Shown here in pieces: positions 36,210 through 44,845 of a stretch of 45,593 bases of DNA. The translations under genes and the position numbers were made by a program. The first letter of the stretch is position 1; every line of letters begins with the position of its first letter. The stretch lies in the IMG/VR virus record IMGVR_UViG_3300043580_000111, positions 1-45,593 of that record; one strand, written 5' to 3'. Under the pieces are notes generated by a model that was given only the letters and a program-made list of their open reading frames with translations, had not been told where the DNA came from and did not search any database. The stretch comes from a virus (Duplodnaviria; Caudoviricetes).

Positions 36210-36251
36210 ACTGGTTGTCCTGTTTGACTGTTTGAACTGGTTAACTGGTTG
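36210..36251 (-). repeat. Five imperfect heptamer repeats (AACCAGT/AAACAGT) in the 5' UTR
   Basis: - strand reads caaccagttaaccagttcaaacagtcaaacaggacaaccagtcATG. Confidence 0.7.
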
Positions 36252-36257
36252 ATCCAA

Positions 36258-36288
36258 CCTATATGGACCCGTTGCGTTCATAGCGCAA
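36258..36288 (-). promoter_or_regulatory. Putative early promoter (copy 2)
   Basis: TTGCGC-tatg...ggtc-CATATAGG with a 17-nt spacer. Confidence 0.6.
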
Positions 36289-36377
36289 GGGGTATTTTGG
36301 GGTCGGACGAAGATAGTTGGCGACGCGGGTCTTCTGTGGTATCGGGATACTCAGTATAAATAAAGAGACAGAGTCCT

Positions 36378-36755
36378 GTGTCTGCTTCTGGTAACAATCC
36401 TGAACAGAAACGGCGAGTTCCGCCGAAAGCATGGAAGCCCGGACAGTCTGGCAATCCTTCTGGCCGTCCCAAGGTCTACAAGGATATTCAGGAGCTGGCG
36501 AAGGTTCATACGCCGGCGGCGATCGCCGCGCTTGTGCTGTCGCTACAGGACGAACGGACGCGTGTGCCGGCCGCTGTCGCCTTGCTGGATCGTGGCTGGG
36601 GCAAGCCGTCGCAGTCGCTCGACATCAACAGCAATTCAACCATTGAGCTGCACTTAGTGGCGGCTCGAGCAATCAGCGCAACCCTCATTGAACAGCAATC
36701 AACGCCAGCAATCGAAACGATCGAGTCCACATCTACAGACATTCCAACGGAATGA
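36378..36755 (+). CDS. Terminase small subunit (DUF5681-type N-terminus)
   Basis: WKPGQSGNPSGRPK and LLDRGWGKP motifs; upstream of terL. Confidence 0.8.
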   Translation: MSASGNNPEQKRRVPPKAWKPGQSGNPSGRPKVYKDIQELAKVHTPAAIAALVLSLQDERTRVPAAVALLDRGWGKPSQSLDINSNSTIELHLVAARAISATLIEQQSTPAIETIESTSTDIPTE

Positions 36756-37062
36756 TAGTGTAATGACACATCAACCAATCATGGAGTGTGTCACCAATCG
36801 TCCGTTTGAACAGGTGGCCGATGACAATCATCAAGCCACAGTCAACATGATCGCGCGATCGGGCGTGTGTGCGCGTGCGCGCGCCCAGGCGCGCGGGCGG
36901 GTGCCCGCCCCCCTGCCCGCGCGTGTGGCGATGGCACTGGCACCCCCTTCAAAATTGTCATGGACTTTTCCCAAAACACGTTACGATATCAAATTGTTGG
37001 CTCTTCCAAAATTCCCCAGAGGATTTCTGAAACATCATTACGGTTTTGAAACACTTAGTGCA

Positions 37063-37287
37063 TTGATATTCATATCGGGAGTGGAATTTATAGAACTACA
37101 TGGCCCAGACGGGCAACGGGCGTTCCTGAATCCGAAGGCGATCAGTAGTTTGCGAGAGCCCATTGATATGGATTTAAAACGTTTTACCAGAAGTGTCCAT
37201 TGTGTCGTGGTAACAACGAACGGAAAGTTTATCGCGGTCGTCGAGACCTGTACTTATATTCGTGACACGCTCGGGGTTAAACCATGA
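37063..37287 (+). CDS. Small hypothetical protein (start uncertain)
   Basis: FIELHGPDGQRAFLNPKAISSLREP...; stop overlaps the terL ATG (ATGA). Confidence 0.5.
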   Translation: MIFISGVEFIELHGPDGQRAFLNPKAISSLREPIDMDLKRFTRSVHCVVVTTNGKFIAVVETCTYIRDTLGVKP

Positions 37288-38720
37288 GCGCGGAGCCTCT
37301 TACTCAACAATTCGCCACCAACCCGTTCCACGCGGCGATTGAAAAGTATGCCCGCGCGCCGATCGCCTTCGTGCGGGATATTCTGGGTGTGGAACCAGAC
37401 CCATGGCAGCTGGAGGCACTCCGCGCGGTGGCGCGCGGGCATACCCGTCTGGCCATTCGCTCGGGGCATGGCGTCGGCAAGACCTGCTTCGCCGCGTGGC
37501 TGTGTGTATGGTTCATCTGCACCCGCGCGCCGTTCAAGGTCGCCATAACCGCGCCGTCGTCCTCCCAGTTGTTCGACGCGCTATGGCCCGAGTTCATCAA
37601 ATGGCTGAACATTCTTCCTTCTGGCTGGCGCGATCTGTGGGATATTCGCTCCGATCGCGTCACGCTAAAGGCCGATCAGGAATGTTTCGTCACCGCGAGA
37701 ACCTCCCGCCCCGATACGCCAGAGGCGATGGCGGGCCTGCACTCAGCGCATATTCTTCTCATCGCCGACGAGGCCAGCGGTATCCCCGAATCGGTCTTCG
37801 AGGCCGCCTCGGGCTCGATGTCATCACATGGCGCGATAACGCTCCTCATCGGTAACGCCACACGTTCAACCGGCTTCTTCTACCGCGCCCACATGATGGA
37901 GCGGGACCGGTGGTACACCCAGAAGGTCTCCTCGGCCTCTTCCAAACGGGTCACCTCGGAGTTCGTCGAGGAGATCGCCAATCGCTACGGCATGGACTCG
38001 AATGCTTTCCGCGTCCGCGTCCTCGGCGAGTTCCCCCTCGCCGACGACAACACCTTGATCGGCGCCGACCTCGTCGACAGCGCCATGCTCCGGGACATCG
38101 AGATCGACCCTCTCGCCATCGAGATCTGGGGTGTCGATGTCGCCCGATTCGGCACCGACGCCTCCGTTCTCGTGAAACGCAAAGGCCGGGTCGTGACCGA
38201 AATGCCGCGCGCCTGGCATGGCCTGGATACCATGCAACTGGCCGGCGCCATCAAGGCGGAGTGGGACATCCAGAGCCCCACCGCCCGTCCCTCTCTTATA
38301 TGTATCGACGTGATCGGCATCGGGTCCGGCGTCGTCGATCGTCTGCACGAGCAAAACCTGCCCATTCTCGGCGTCAATGTCTCCGAAACGGCCTCAACCA
38401 CCGGTAGATACGCACGCCTACGAGACGAGTTATGGGTGCGCTGCAAGGAGTGGCTTGGCAACCGCAACGTGCGTTTGCCGCGCCATGATCGCCTCCGCGA
38501 CGACCTCCTCATGCCGCGTTATTCCTTCCTCTCGGATGGCCGCCTCCAGGTCGAGAGCAAGCAAAGCATGCGTTCTCGCGGTCTCCCCAGCTGCGATCAC
38601 GCCGATGCGCTCAACCTTACGTTCTGCGAGCAGGGGCTGGGTGTCGGGTCCGGCATGACCTCCGGTCTGTTCGACAAAACCCCCATGCACATGAGCCTGG
38701 CCGATGGAGACCTGGTATGA
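37284..38720 (+). CDS. Terminase large subunit
   Basis: SGHGVGKT Walker A, IADEASG Walker B, IGNA, VRVLGEFP, GVDVARFGTD nuclease motif, DHADAL. Confidence 0.96.
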   Translation: MSAEPLTQQFATNPFHAAIEKYARAPIAFVRDILGVEPDPWQLEALRAVARGHTRLAIRSGHGVGKTCFAAWLCVWFICTRAPFKVAITAPSSSQLFDALWPEFIKWLNILPSGWRDLWDIRSDRVTLKADQECFVTARTSRPDTPEAMAGLHSAHILLIADEASGIPESVFEAASGSMSSHGAITLLIGNATRSTGFFYRAHMMERDRWYTQKVSSASSKRVTSEFVEEIANRYGMDSNAFRVRVLGEFPLADDNTLIGADLVDSAMLRDIEIDPLAIEIWGVDVARFGTDASVLVKRKGRVVTEMPRAWHGLDTMQLAGAIKAEWDIQSPTARPSLICIDVIGIGSGVVDRLHEQNLPILGVNVSETASTTGRYARLRDELWVRCKEWLGNRNVRLPRHDRLRDDLLMPRYSFLSDGRLQVESKQSMRSRGLPSCDHADALNLTFCEQGLGVGSGMTSGLFDKTPMHMSLADGDLV

Positions 38721-39043
38721 CAAAAGCGGAAGAGAACTCCCTGACGAATCCAGGCCATATCGCCTTCTGCGAGGGTCTGGCGCGGCGCTACATCAAGGAT
38801 GTGGCGGATGCCCTCGCCGACGGGATCATCGCGGAAATGAAGTTATCATTCCTGACGGTCAGGGCCGGGGCGATCGATCGCCTTGAGCGCCTTGAGACCC
38901 TGGAGCGGGCCGTCGAGACGTTGCGTGGCGACTTCGCGGCGTTTCGGGCCGATGTGGAGAAAGCCCTCGCGGGAGAGCCGCTCGATCCCGAATCTCTCTT
39001 GTGGCTCCGGCTGCGCGACATCGCGGACAGGACAGCACCATGA
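38717..39043 (+). CDS. Hypothetical protein
   Basis: ATGA overlaps with terL and with the portal. Confidence 0.65.
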   Translation: MTKAEENSLTNPGHIAFCEGLARRYIKDVADALADGIIAEMKLSFLTVRAGAIDRLERLETLERAVETLRGDFAAFRADVEKALAGEPLDPESLLWLRLRDIADRTAP

Positions 39044-41778
39044 GCGCCTCCCTCGCCCCTCCCCCGCCGCCCTCACTGTCCCAGGGCCTTCTCGCCCCCC
39101 AACAGATCGCCAACACCAACGGCCCCACGCCCCTGCCCAATATCCCCAACCTGATTCCCCATGGGATGCGGCCCACGCCTCTGTCCGCCTCCCCCTCCGA
39201 GCAGATGCTGGCGTTCCTCCTGCCGCCCTCCCACGACGACGATCCGCCAGACGGCGACCAGTCTCTCCCTTCCGGCCTCCGTAAATACGCCGCCGGCCTG
39301 CGCCCCACCCTCAAACCAACAGCCTCACCCTGGTCCCAGGAGATCGTCTTCGAGCGTCTCGGTAAGACGGATGTGGAAATCAACGCCGTCGCCCGTTTCT
39401 ATTACAAAACCGCCCAGAACTATGACGCGTATCTGTCCCGCGAGCGGGTCACCGCCTCCAATTACTACGCCGGTCTGCCCGATGGGCCGCTGGAAGATGG
39501 CCGCTCCAAGCTGACGATGACCGTCGTGCGCGACACCATCCGCCAGACGCTGCCCTCTCTCCTGCGTATCTTCACCGGCGTGGAAGATCCGGTCTCCTTC
39601 CAGCCCCTCTCCTCGGACCATAACGTCACTGCCCAGAACGACCAGCTCGCGACATCCCTCGCCAGACAGGCGACGGACTACGCGCGCTGGGCGCTGTTCA
39701 CCGCCAACCCCGGCTGGACCATCCTCCACGACGCGCTGCTCGACGCCCTGACCCGCAAGGCGGGCTGGGTGCGGTGGCACTGGGGGTCCTCGAAGCACAC
39801 CCGCACCGAGGTCGCCGCCGGTCTCCTTCTCCCTCAACTTCAGATGCTCCTCTCCGAGCCAGGCATCGAGGCGTCCCGCATCGTCAGACGCCCGATGACG
39901 CCGGCGGAATCCCAGGCTCTCGCCAAAACCCCCGAAGGCCGGATGTATCTCCAACAAGGCGCGCCCGCTGAATACTGGAGCGCCACGATCACCCGGAGCG
40001 CCACCCAGGCATGGCCCCAGGTCTCTCACGTCCTCACCGAGAGCGTCTGGATCGACCCCTCCGCCGCGTCCGTCGAAACCACCCCGGCTCTCTTCATCGT
40101 CCAGGACTCGACCGTCAGCGATCTGATCGAGGCGGGCCTTCCCGAGGACAAGATCCTCGCCAACATCGCCTCGGGACGTGGCTCCGCCGGGCGGCAACGG
40201 ACGGAACTGATCGCGCGGTCCAACGCCCAGGGCCACAACATCGCCGGCGCCCCGCCCAACGATAAGTCTCAGTCGATCGTGCGCCACGCCGAGGGTTGGA
40301 TCAGGTGCGACGCCGATGGCGACAACGTCTCGGAACTGCTGCACGTCCATCTCCTCGGATCATCCCAGAACCTCGTCATGTGGGAGCGAGCGGACGAGAT
40401 CCCGCTCGCCTGCTTCACACCTTACAGAGAGCCAGGCAGGGTCATCGGTCAGAGCCAGGCCGACATGGTCATGGACCTGCAACGAGTCGAATCCCGCGTC
40501 ATGCGCGGCGTGCTCGATTCACTCGGCCAAAGCATGTTCCCCCGCACGACCGTCGTCGTGGGTCAGGCCAATCTCGCCGACACCCGCCAGACCGCGATCG
40601 GCTCGATCATTCGCGTCGCCCAGCAAGGCGCCGTCCAGGAGCTGACCAAGCCGTTCATGGGGAAAGAAGCCCTGCCCATAATGGCCGTCCTCGAAACGAT
40701 CCGCGAGTCCCGCACTGGCATCACGCGGGCCTCGTCGGGTCTGACCGTCGATGAGCTGCAATCAACCGCCCCGATCGCCGTGTCCCAGCAGTCCTCCGCC
40801 GCCCAGGACCGCCTCGACATGGTGGCCCGCACCTTGGCCGAGACCGGTCTCGCTCCGCTCTACAAGGGCCTCCTGAAGATGCTGGCGCGCCAGCAGGACC
40901 GTCCCAACGTCATTCGTATCCGTCAACAATGGATACCCATCGACCCGCGCGCGCTCGCCACCCAGTGGGAGACGGCGGTCAATGTCGGCGGCAAGGGCAT
41001 GCCCCAGGAGCGTCTCACCATGCTCAGCGCCATCGCCCAGAAGCAGGAGCAACTGATCCAGCAAGGCGGGCTCGCCAATCCCCTCGTCGGCCTGCCGGAG
41101 TATCGCAACACCCTCGCCCGCATGCTGGAGACGGTGAACATCGCCGATATCAGCTCCTACTTCAAAGCCCTGCCGCCCGACTTCGCCCCTCCTCCCGCCC
41201 CGCCGCCGCCGCCCAATACCGACCTCATCCTCGCCGACGTGCAGAACAAGAAGACCAACGCCGACATCGAGAACACCCGGGCGGACCAGCAGACCAAACG
41301 CGCCTCTCTCCTCCTCGAAGACGACCGCGAGCGAGACAAATCCGCCCTCGATGCCTGGGTGAAGGCGTGGGTGGCGGGCGCGACATCCAACATCGTCGTC
41401 CCCTCTCTCGACGAGTTCAAACAAGCCATGAAGTCCAACGCCCCGGCGGTCGGACTACTGTCGGATCTGCCGCCTCCCACCAGCCCCCAACCCCCGGCGG
41501 TTGGCGCGCCCCAACCCAAACCCCCTCAAGGCCCCCAGGGCATGCCGATGATGCCTCCAGGGCCACCCAGGCCGCCCATGATGCCCCAGCCCGCCGCGCA
41601 TCCTGTCGCCCCGCCCCCAGGCCCCATCAACCCGGAAGCCGCCAACACCATTCGTCAGTCCCTGGCGACGGGCCGGATGCCGACCGCTTACGGCCAGCTG
41701 ACCCAACGGGCTTCCGCCTTCCCGCTCAATGGCCCTGGTGGCCCAGCCCTCCCCAACCCAGGAGGTCCGAATGGATAA
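39040..41778 (+). CDS. Portal protein (allele B, complete) with long Pro-rich N- and C-terminal extensions
   Basis: Follows terL; NYYAG, VRDTI..LPSLLRIF, DAL..KAG, GQS.AD.V.DLQ, ESRTG and ARTLAETG motifs. Confidence 0.92.
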   Translation: MSASLAPPPPPSLSQGLLAPQQIANTNGPTPLPNIPNLIPHGMRPTPLSASPSEQMLAFLLPPSHDDDPPDGDQSLPSGLRKYAAGLRPTLKPTASPWSQEIVFERLGKTDVEINAVARFYYKTAQNYDAYLSRERVTASNYYAGLPDGPLEDGRSKLTMTVVRDTIRQTLPSLLRIFTGVEDPVSFQPLSSDHNVTAQNDQLATSLARQATDYARWALFTANPGWTILHDALLDALTRKAGWVRWHWGSSKHTRTEVAAGLLLPQLQMLLSEPGIEASRIVRRPMTPAESQALAKTPEGRMYLQQGAPAEYWSATITRSATQAWPQVSHVLTESVWIDPSAASVETTPALFIVQDSTVSDLIEAGLPEDKILANIASGRGSAGRQRTELIARSNAQGHNIAGAPPNDKSQSIVRHAEGWIRCDADGDNVSELLHVHLLGSSQNLVMWERADEIPLACFTPYREPGRVIGQSQADMVMDLQRVESRVMRGVLDSLGQSMFPRTTVVVGQANLADTRQTAIGSIIRVAQQGAVQELTKPFMGKEALPIMAVLETIRESRTGITRASSGLTVDELQSTAPIAVSQQSSAAQDRLDMVARTLAETGLAPLYKGLLKMLARQQDRPNVIRIRQQWIPIDPRALATQWETAVNVGGKGMPQERLTMLSAIAQKQEQLIQQGGLANPLVGLPEYRNTLARMLETVNIADISSYFKALPPDFAPPPAPPPPPNTDLILADVQNKKTNADIENTRADQQTKRASLLLEDDRERDKSALDAWVKAWVAGATSNIVVPSLDEFKQAMKSNAPAVGLLSDLPPPTSPQPPAVGAPQPKPPQGPQGMPMMPPGPPRPPMMPQPAAHPVAPPPGPINPEAANTIRQSLATGRMPTAYGQLTQRASAFPLNGPGGPALPNPGGPNG

Positions 41779-41953
41779 TCTTCCACTTCCGACCGTGAGA
41801 CAGTGGCAACGGGATTGCCGCGAGGCCTCCCAAGACCAGGCCACGCCGAAATGCCCGGGTTGCGGCCGCCGCCTCGGCGTCCGCGAAGCGATGTTCAACG
41901 AGAGCGGCACAGATCAATGGATGTGCGACAATGCCTGCTGCGACGGACAGTGA
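41771..41953 (+). CDS. Small Zn-finger protein (allele B only)
   Basis: GGAGG RBS; CPGC...MCDNACC. Confidence 0.6.
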   Translation: MDNLPLPTVRQWQRDCREASQDQATPKCPGCGRRLGVREAMFNESGTDQWMCDNACCDGQ

Positions 41954-42165
41954 GCAATCCTGAAACGAGCACCCGCGAGGACTTTTACAACTTCATGCGC
42001 CTTCGCACGTCCACCCGTCACGGCATCGCGGAGCGGTTCGGGCTGGATCTGCGCGAGGATAAAAACGAGAGCGACTTCGATCGATGCAAGGGCTGGTTGA
42101 TGGAAGCCAGGGCGCTCGGCAGGTTGGAGGATCTCTTAGCCGTCGCGAGGGATGCGAAGCCGTGA
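41950..42165 (+). CDS. Small helical protein resembling a GTPase-associated adaptor domain (allele B only)
   Basis: FYNFMRL..STRHGIAERFGL...SDFDR..WLMEARALGRLEDL; GTGA couplings on both sides. Confidence 0.5.
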   Translation: MSNPETSTREDFYNFMRLRTSTRHGIAERFGLDLREDKNESDFDRCKGWLMEARALGRLEDLLAVARDAKP

Positions 42166-42350
42166 CAACAGACAAATCCCCAGACCCAACGAGCCGGCGG
42201 CCTCTCGTCATCGAGGTGCTGCTGGATGGCGAAGTCATCGCCACGGGAACGTGCCCGCCGGAAATACGCGACCTGTCCGCGTCGATCGGGATGCCTTTGG
42301 TGCCGGCGATGCTCCGGCGGATCGCCGATAAGTGGGAGGCCGCCCAGTGA
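42162..42350 (+). CDS. Small hypothetical protein (allele B only)
   Basis: GTGA couplings on both sides. Confidence 0.55.
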   Translation: MTTDKSPDPTSRRPLVIEVLLDGEVIATGTCPPEIRDLSASIGMPLVPAMLRRIADKWEAAQ

Positions 42351-42613
42351 TCAAACCGGGAAAAGGGCTGCTTGGATCAGCCGTGGATGAAGACGATCCC
42401 TGGGCGGATCGCGTCGATCGTCTCCAGCGCGGCGTGGGCGATACCGATTCCACCATCGACGCGCTGAAACCATCCGACCCAAACATCGATCGCGCCATGG
42501 AGACAGACGATGCCGCCCGTCTCAATCAGGCGCCCAACTACCCGGTGGAAGGCGCGCTGCCGGTGAAACTGTTGCGCGCCATCCAGGCGCTACGCGCGGG
42601 AGGTCTGCTATGA
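42347..42613 (+). CDS. Hypothetical protein, homolog of 867-1124
   Basis: KPGKGLL...W.DR...YPVEGALPV. Confidence 0.7.
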   Translation: MIKPGKGLLGSAVDEDDPWADRVDRLQRGVGDTDSTIDALKPSDPNIDRAMETDDAARLNQAPNYPVEGALPVKLLRAIQALRAGGLL

Positions 42614-42771
42614 ACCTCGTCCTCCTCATCATCATCTTGCTGCTGCTCTTCGGCGGCCTCGGCGGCGGGTATTACGCCCACAATATCTACGGCGGCTGGT
42701 ACGGCCCTGGTGTCGGCATCGGCGCGATCCTGTTGATCATCCTGCTGTTCATCCTGCTGCGCGGTTACTGA
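42610..42771 (+). CDS. DUF3309-like small membrane protein (allele B)
   Basis: Near-identical to 703-864. Confidence 0.75.
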   Translation: MNLVLLIIILLLLFGGLGGGYYAHNIYGGWYGPGVGIGAILLIILLFILLRGY

Positions 42772-42774
42772 ACA

Positions 42775-43032
42775 GTGCCGCTCAGCGCCGAACGCCTCAT
42801 CCAGTGCGAGGCGGCGAAACGCTTCATCGCCGATCCGCACTTCAACGCCCTGCTGGACCGCATGGCCAACGAGGCGACCAAAAACGCGGTCTTCCTCGAG
42901 GACGCCTCCAATCGCGAGGCCGCCCGTCAACTGGTCCTGGCGCTGCGCCGGATCTGGCAAGAGCTGGAAGCCGACGCCGAGGCCCCCGAGGCGGAAGCGG
43001 CGACGACCCTGCATTCCCAGAGCATGGAGTAG
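42775..43032 (+). CDS. Conserved small phage protein (allele B)
   Basis: Homolog of 1121-1378. Confidence 0.8.
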   Translation: MPLSAERLIQCEAAKRFIADPHFNALLDRMANEATKNAVFLEDASNREAARQLVLALRRIWQELEADAEAPEAEAATTLHSQSME

Positions 43033-43035
43033 CCC

Positions 43036-44154
43036 ATGGCGTCTTTACTTGACGAGGTATTGGGTCAGGCGGGCGGGGATACGGCTCCTCTCCTCCAACT
43101 TCCCGATGAACGCCCGCCGTTCCTCCAGCCGGATCCGCGCGCCGATGCCCTCGGCCAGACATTCCAGGCCATCGTGGATTATGAGAAGCGGAAACATCAG
43201 GAGGGCGTCGATGCCGGTAACTGGGAGGGCGGCTGGCCATGGGAAGGCGGCCATCCGACGTGGAAAGCCGCGCGGGAGGGTGTGGACGCATACGCCCAGG
43301 GGATGCAGGCGGGGACATTGAAAGGCCCAGGGCCTTTCACGACGTATCAGGGCTCGCCGCACCTCTTCGAGCCGACCCCAAAAAACCCGCTGGGTGAGTT
43401 CTCCAACACCAAAATCGGCTCCGGCACGGGCGGGCAGTCGGAGGGGATGGGCCATTACACCGCCGAGAATGAAGCGGTGGCGCAACATTATCGTAAACTA
43501 CTGGCCGGTCCCCGCGCCGATTACGCCGGCGAGATTTCGCCGGAGTTCAGCGCGGTCCTGAAAGCCGAGGATTACCTTGGTTTCGATACCCCAGGGCAGG
43601 CCATCAACGCGATGCGGACACATCCCGACTGGGCGACCCGTTGGGACCCCGTGAACCCAGGAGCCCTCAAGGCGGGTCTGGAGGCCCATGACGCCGTGAA
43701 GTATGCCGGCCAGGGCCATATGTATGAGGTGAAGATAAACGCTGATCCCGACAGGTATCTGAACTGGGACAAGCCTCTTTCTCAACAACATCCCGATATT
43801 CAGGCGTTCGTCGGTAAGCTCGCTGGTGGCTCGCCCAGGCTGGCCAAGCATATGGATGAGGTGCGGCGCGGCATCTACCCGGAGCCGACAGGCAAGGAAT
43901 TGTATAACGCCGTCCAGTGGGAGGCGCGCGCCGCCGGTGCTGAAGAGGCAAAAACAGCCGCCGCCGAGATGCTTCGTGAAGCGGGTATTCCCGGCGTTCG
44001 TTACCTCGACGCATCTTCCCGTACCAAGGGGGAAGGCACGCACAACTACGTCACCTTCGATCCCGCCAAAATGGAGATCATCCGACGTTACGGTCTCGCC
44101 GGCCTGATGCTGGGCGGCGGCGGTCTCCTCTCACCCAACAAGCAAGAGCAATAG
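43036..44154 (+). CDS. ART-like putative virion protein, allele B
   Basis: Same motifs as 1382-2458, with a diverged N-terminus and a replaced internal segment. Confidence 0.6.
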   Translation: MASLLDEVLGQAGGDTAPLLQLPDERPPFLQPDPRADALGQTFQAIVDYEKRKHQEGVDAGNWEGGWPWEGGHPTWKAAREGVDAYAQGMQAGTLKGPGPFTTYQGSPHLFEPTPKNPLGEFSNTKIGSGTGGQSEGMGHYTAENEAVAQHYRKLLAGPRADYAGEISPEFSAVLKAEDYLGFDTPGQAINAMRTHPDWATRWDPVNPGALKAGLEAHDAVKYAGQGHMYEVKINADPDRYLNWDKPLSQQHPDIQAFVGKLAGGSPRLAKHMDEVRRGIYPEPTGKELYNAVQWEARAAGAEEAKTAAAEMLREAGIPGVRYLDASSRTKGEGTHNYVTFDPAKMEIIRRYGLAGLMLGGGGLLSPNKQEQ

Positions 44155-44156
44155 TC

Positions 44157-44843
44157 ATGGCCTCTCTGCTGCTTCCCGATGACCAGGACACGCCCACGCC
44201 ATCATCGGGCCTGCTGGGCGCCGTGATCGACCAGGCTCCGTCCGCGTCCCCGGCCTATAAACCCCCGGCGATTCATTCTTATTACCCAAACAATGATTAC
44301 GTGAAACGCGGCTGGGCGCCGGAACAGTATCCGGTGGAAGCACTGGACGCGCTCGCCCAGGCCGAGGCGCGCGCCGTGAAGACCGGAGTTTTGCCGCCCC
44401 AACTCGCGAAATACTTCATGCCGAACCAACTGGTCGAAAACCGCCCGGAAGACTTCGGCATCGTGGCTCCTCCGTCGGTCGAAGCCGGACAACCTGATCC
44501 TTACGCGGATCATGCCCGGAAGATGGGGCTCAGCCTTACGACCGTTCAAACGCCGTATGGGGACATCAGGAGGTATCCTGATTATCGAATTAGTTCCTTC
44601 GACGATCCCACGAGGGTTCAGTCGTTACCCATGCAGGCCAGGATGACCGCCATGTTTCTCGCGGCGAAGCCGGGTGCGACAGCGGAGGACAAGATCAAGG
44701 CGTGGAATGGCGCGGGGCCGGGGGCGGATAATCATCTGATGAAGGTTCGCGCGATGAATGACGCGCTCACGGCGATCCCCGGAAATAAACCTTTACTGGA
44801 CGCCTATCGGGCGCTGGTGAAGAAATACTCGATGGAACAATAA
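44157..44843 (+). CDS. Extra 'MASLL'-leader protein, possibly lysozyme/transglycosylase-like (allele B only)
   Basis: Starts MASLLLPDD like 1382; LVENR.EDFGI and IKAWNGAG..A..H..KV resemble lysozyme-superfamily motifs. Confidence 0.55.
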   Translation: MASLLLPDDQDTPTPSSGLLGAVIDQAPSASPAYKPPAIHSYYPNNDYVKRGWAPEQYPVEALDALAQAEARAVKTGVLPPQLAKYFMPNQLVENRPEDFGIVAPPSVEAGQPDPYADHARKMGLSLTTVQTPYGDIRRYPDYRISSFDDPTRVQSLPMQARMTAMFLAAKPGATAEDKIKAWNGAGPGADNHLMKVRAMNDALTAIPGNKPLLDAYRALVKKYSMEQ

Positions 44844-44845
44844 CC

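Noticed and set aside
36210-36251. CRISPR-like or iteron array
   Set aside because: Units are only 7-9 nt with no spacers; kept as a UTR repeat.
36688-37062. N-terminal part of the 199-aa ORF 36688-37287
   Set aside because: It overlaps terS and translates the low-complexity alternating tract (CARARAQAR); only the 3' part looks like a real protein.
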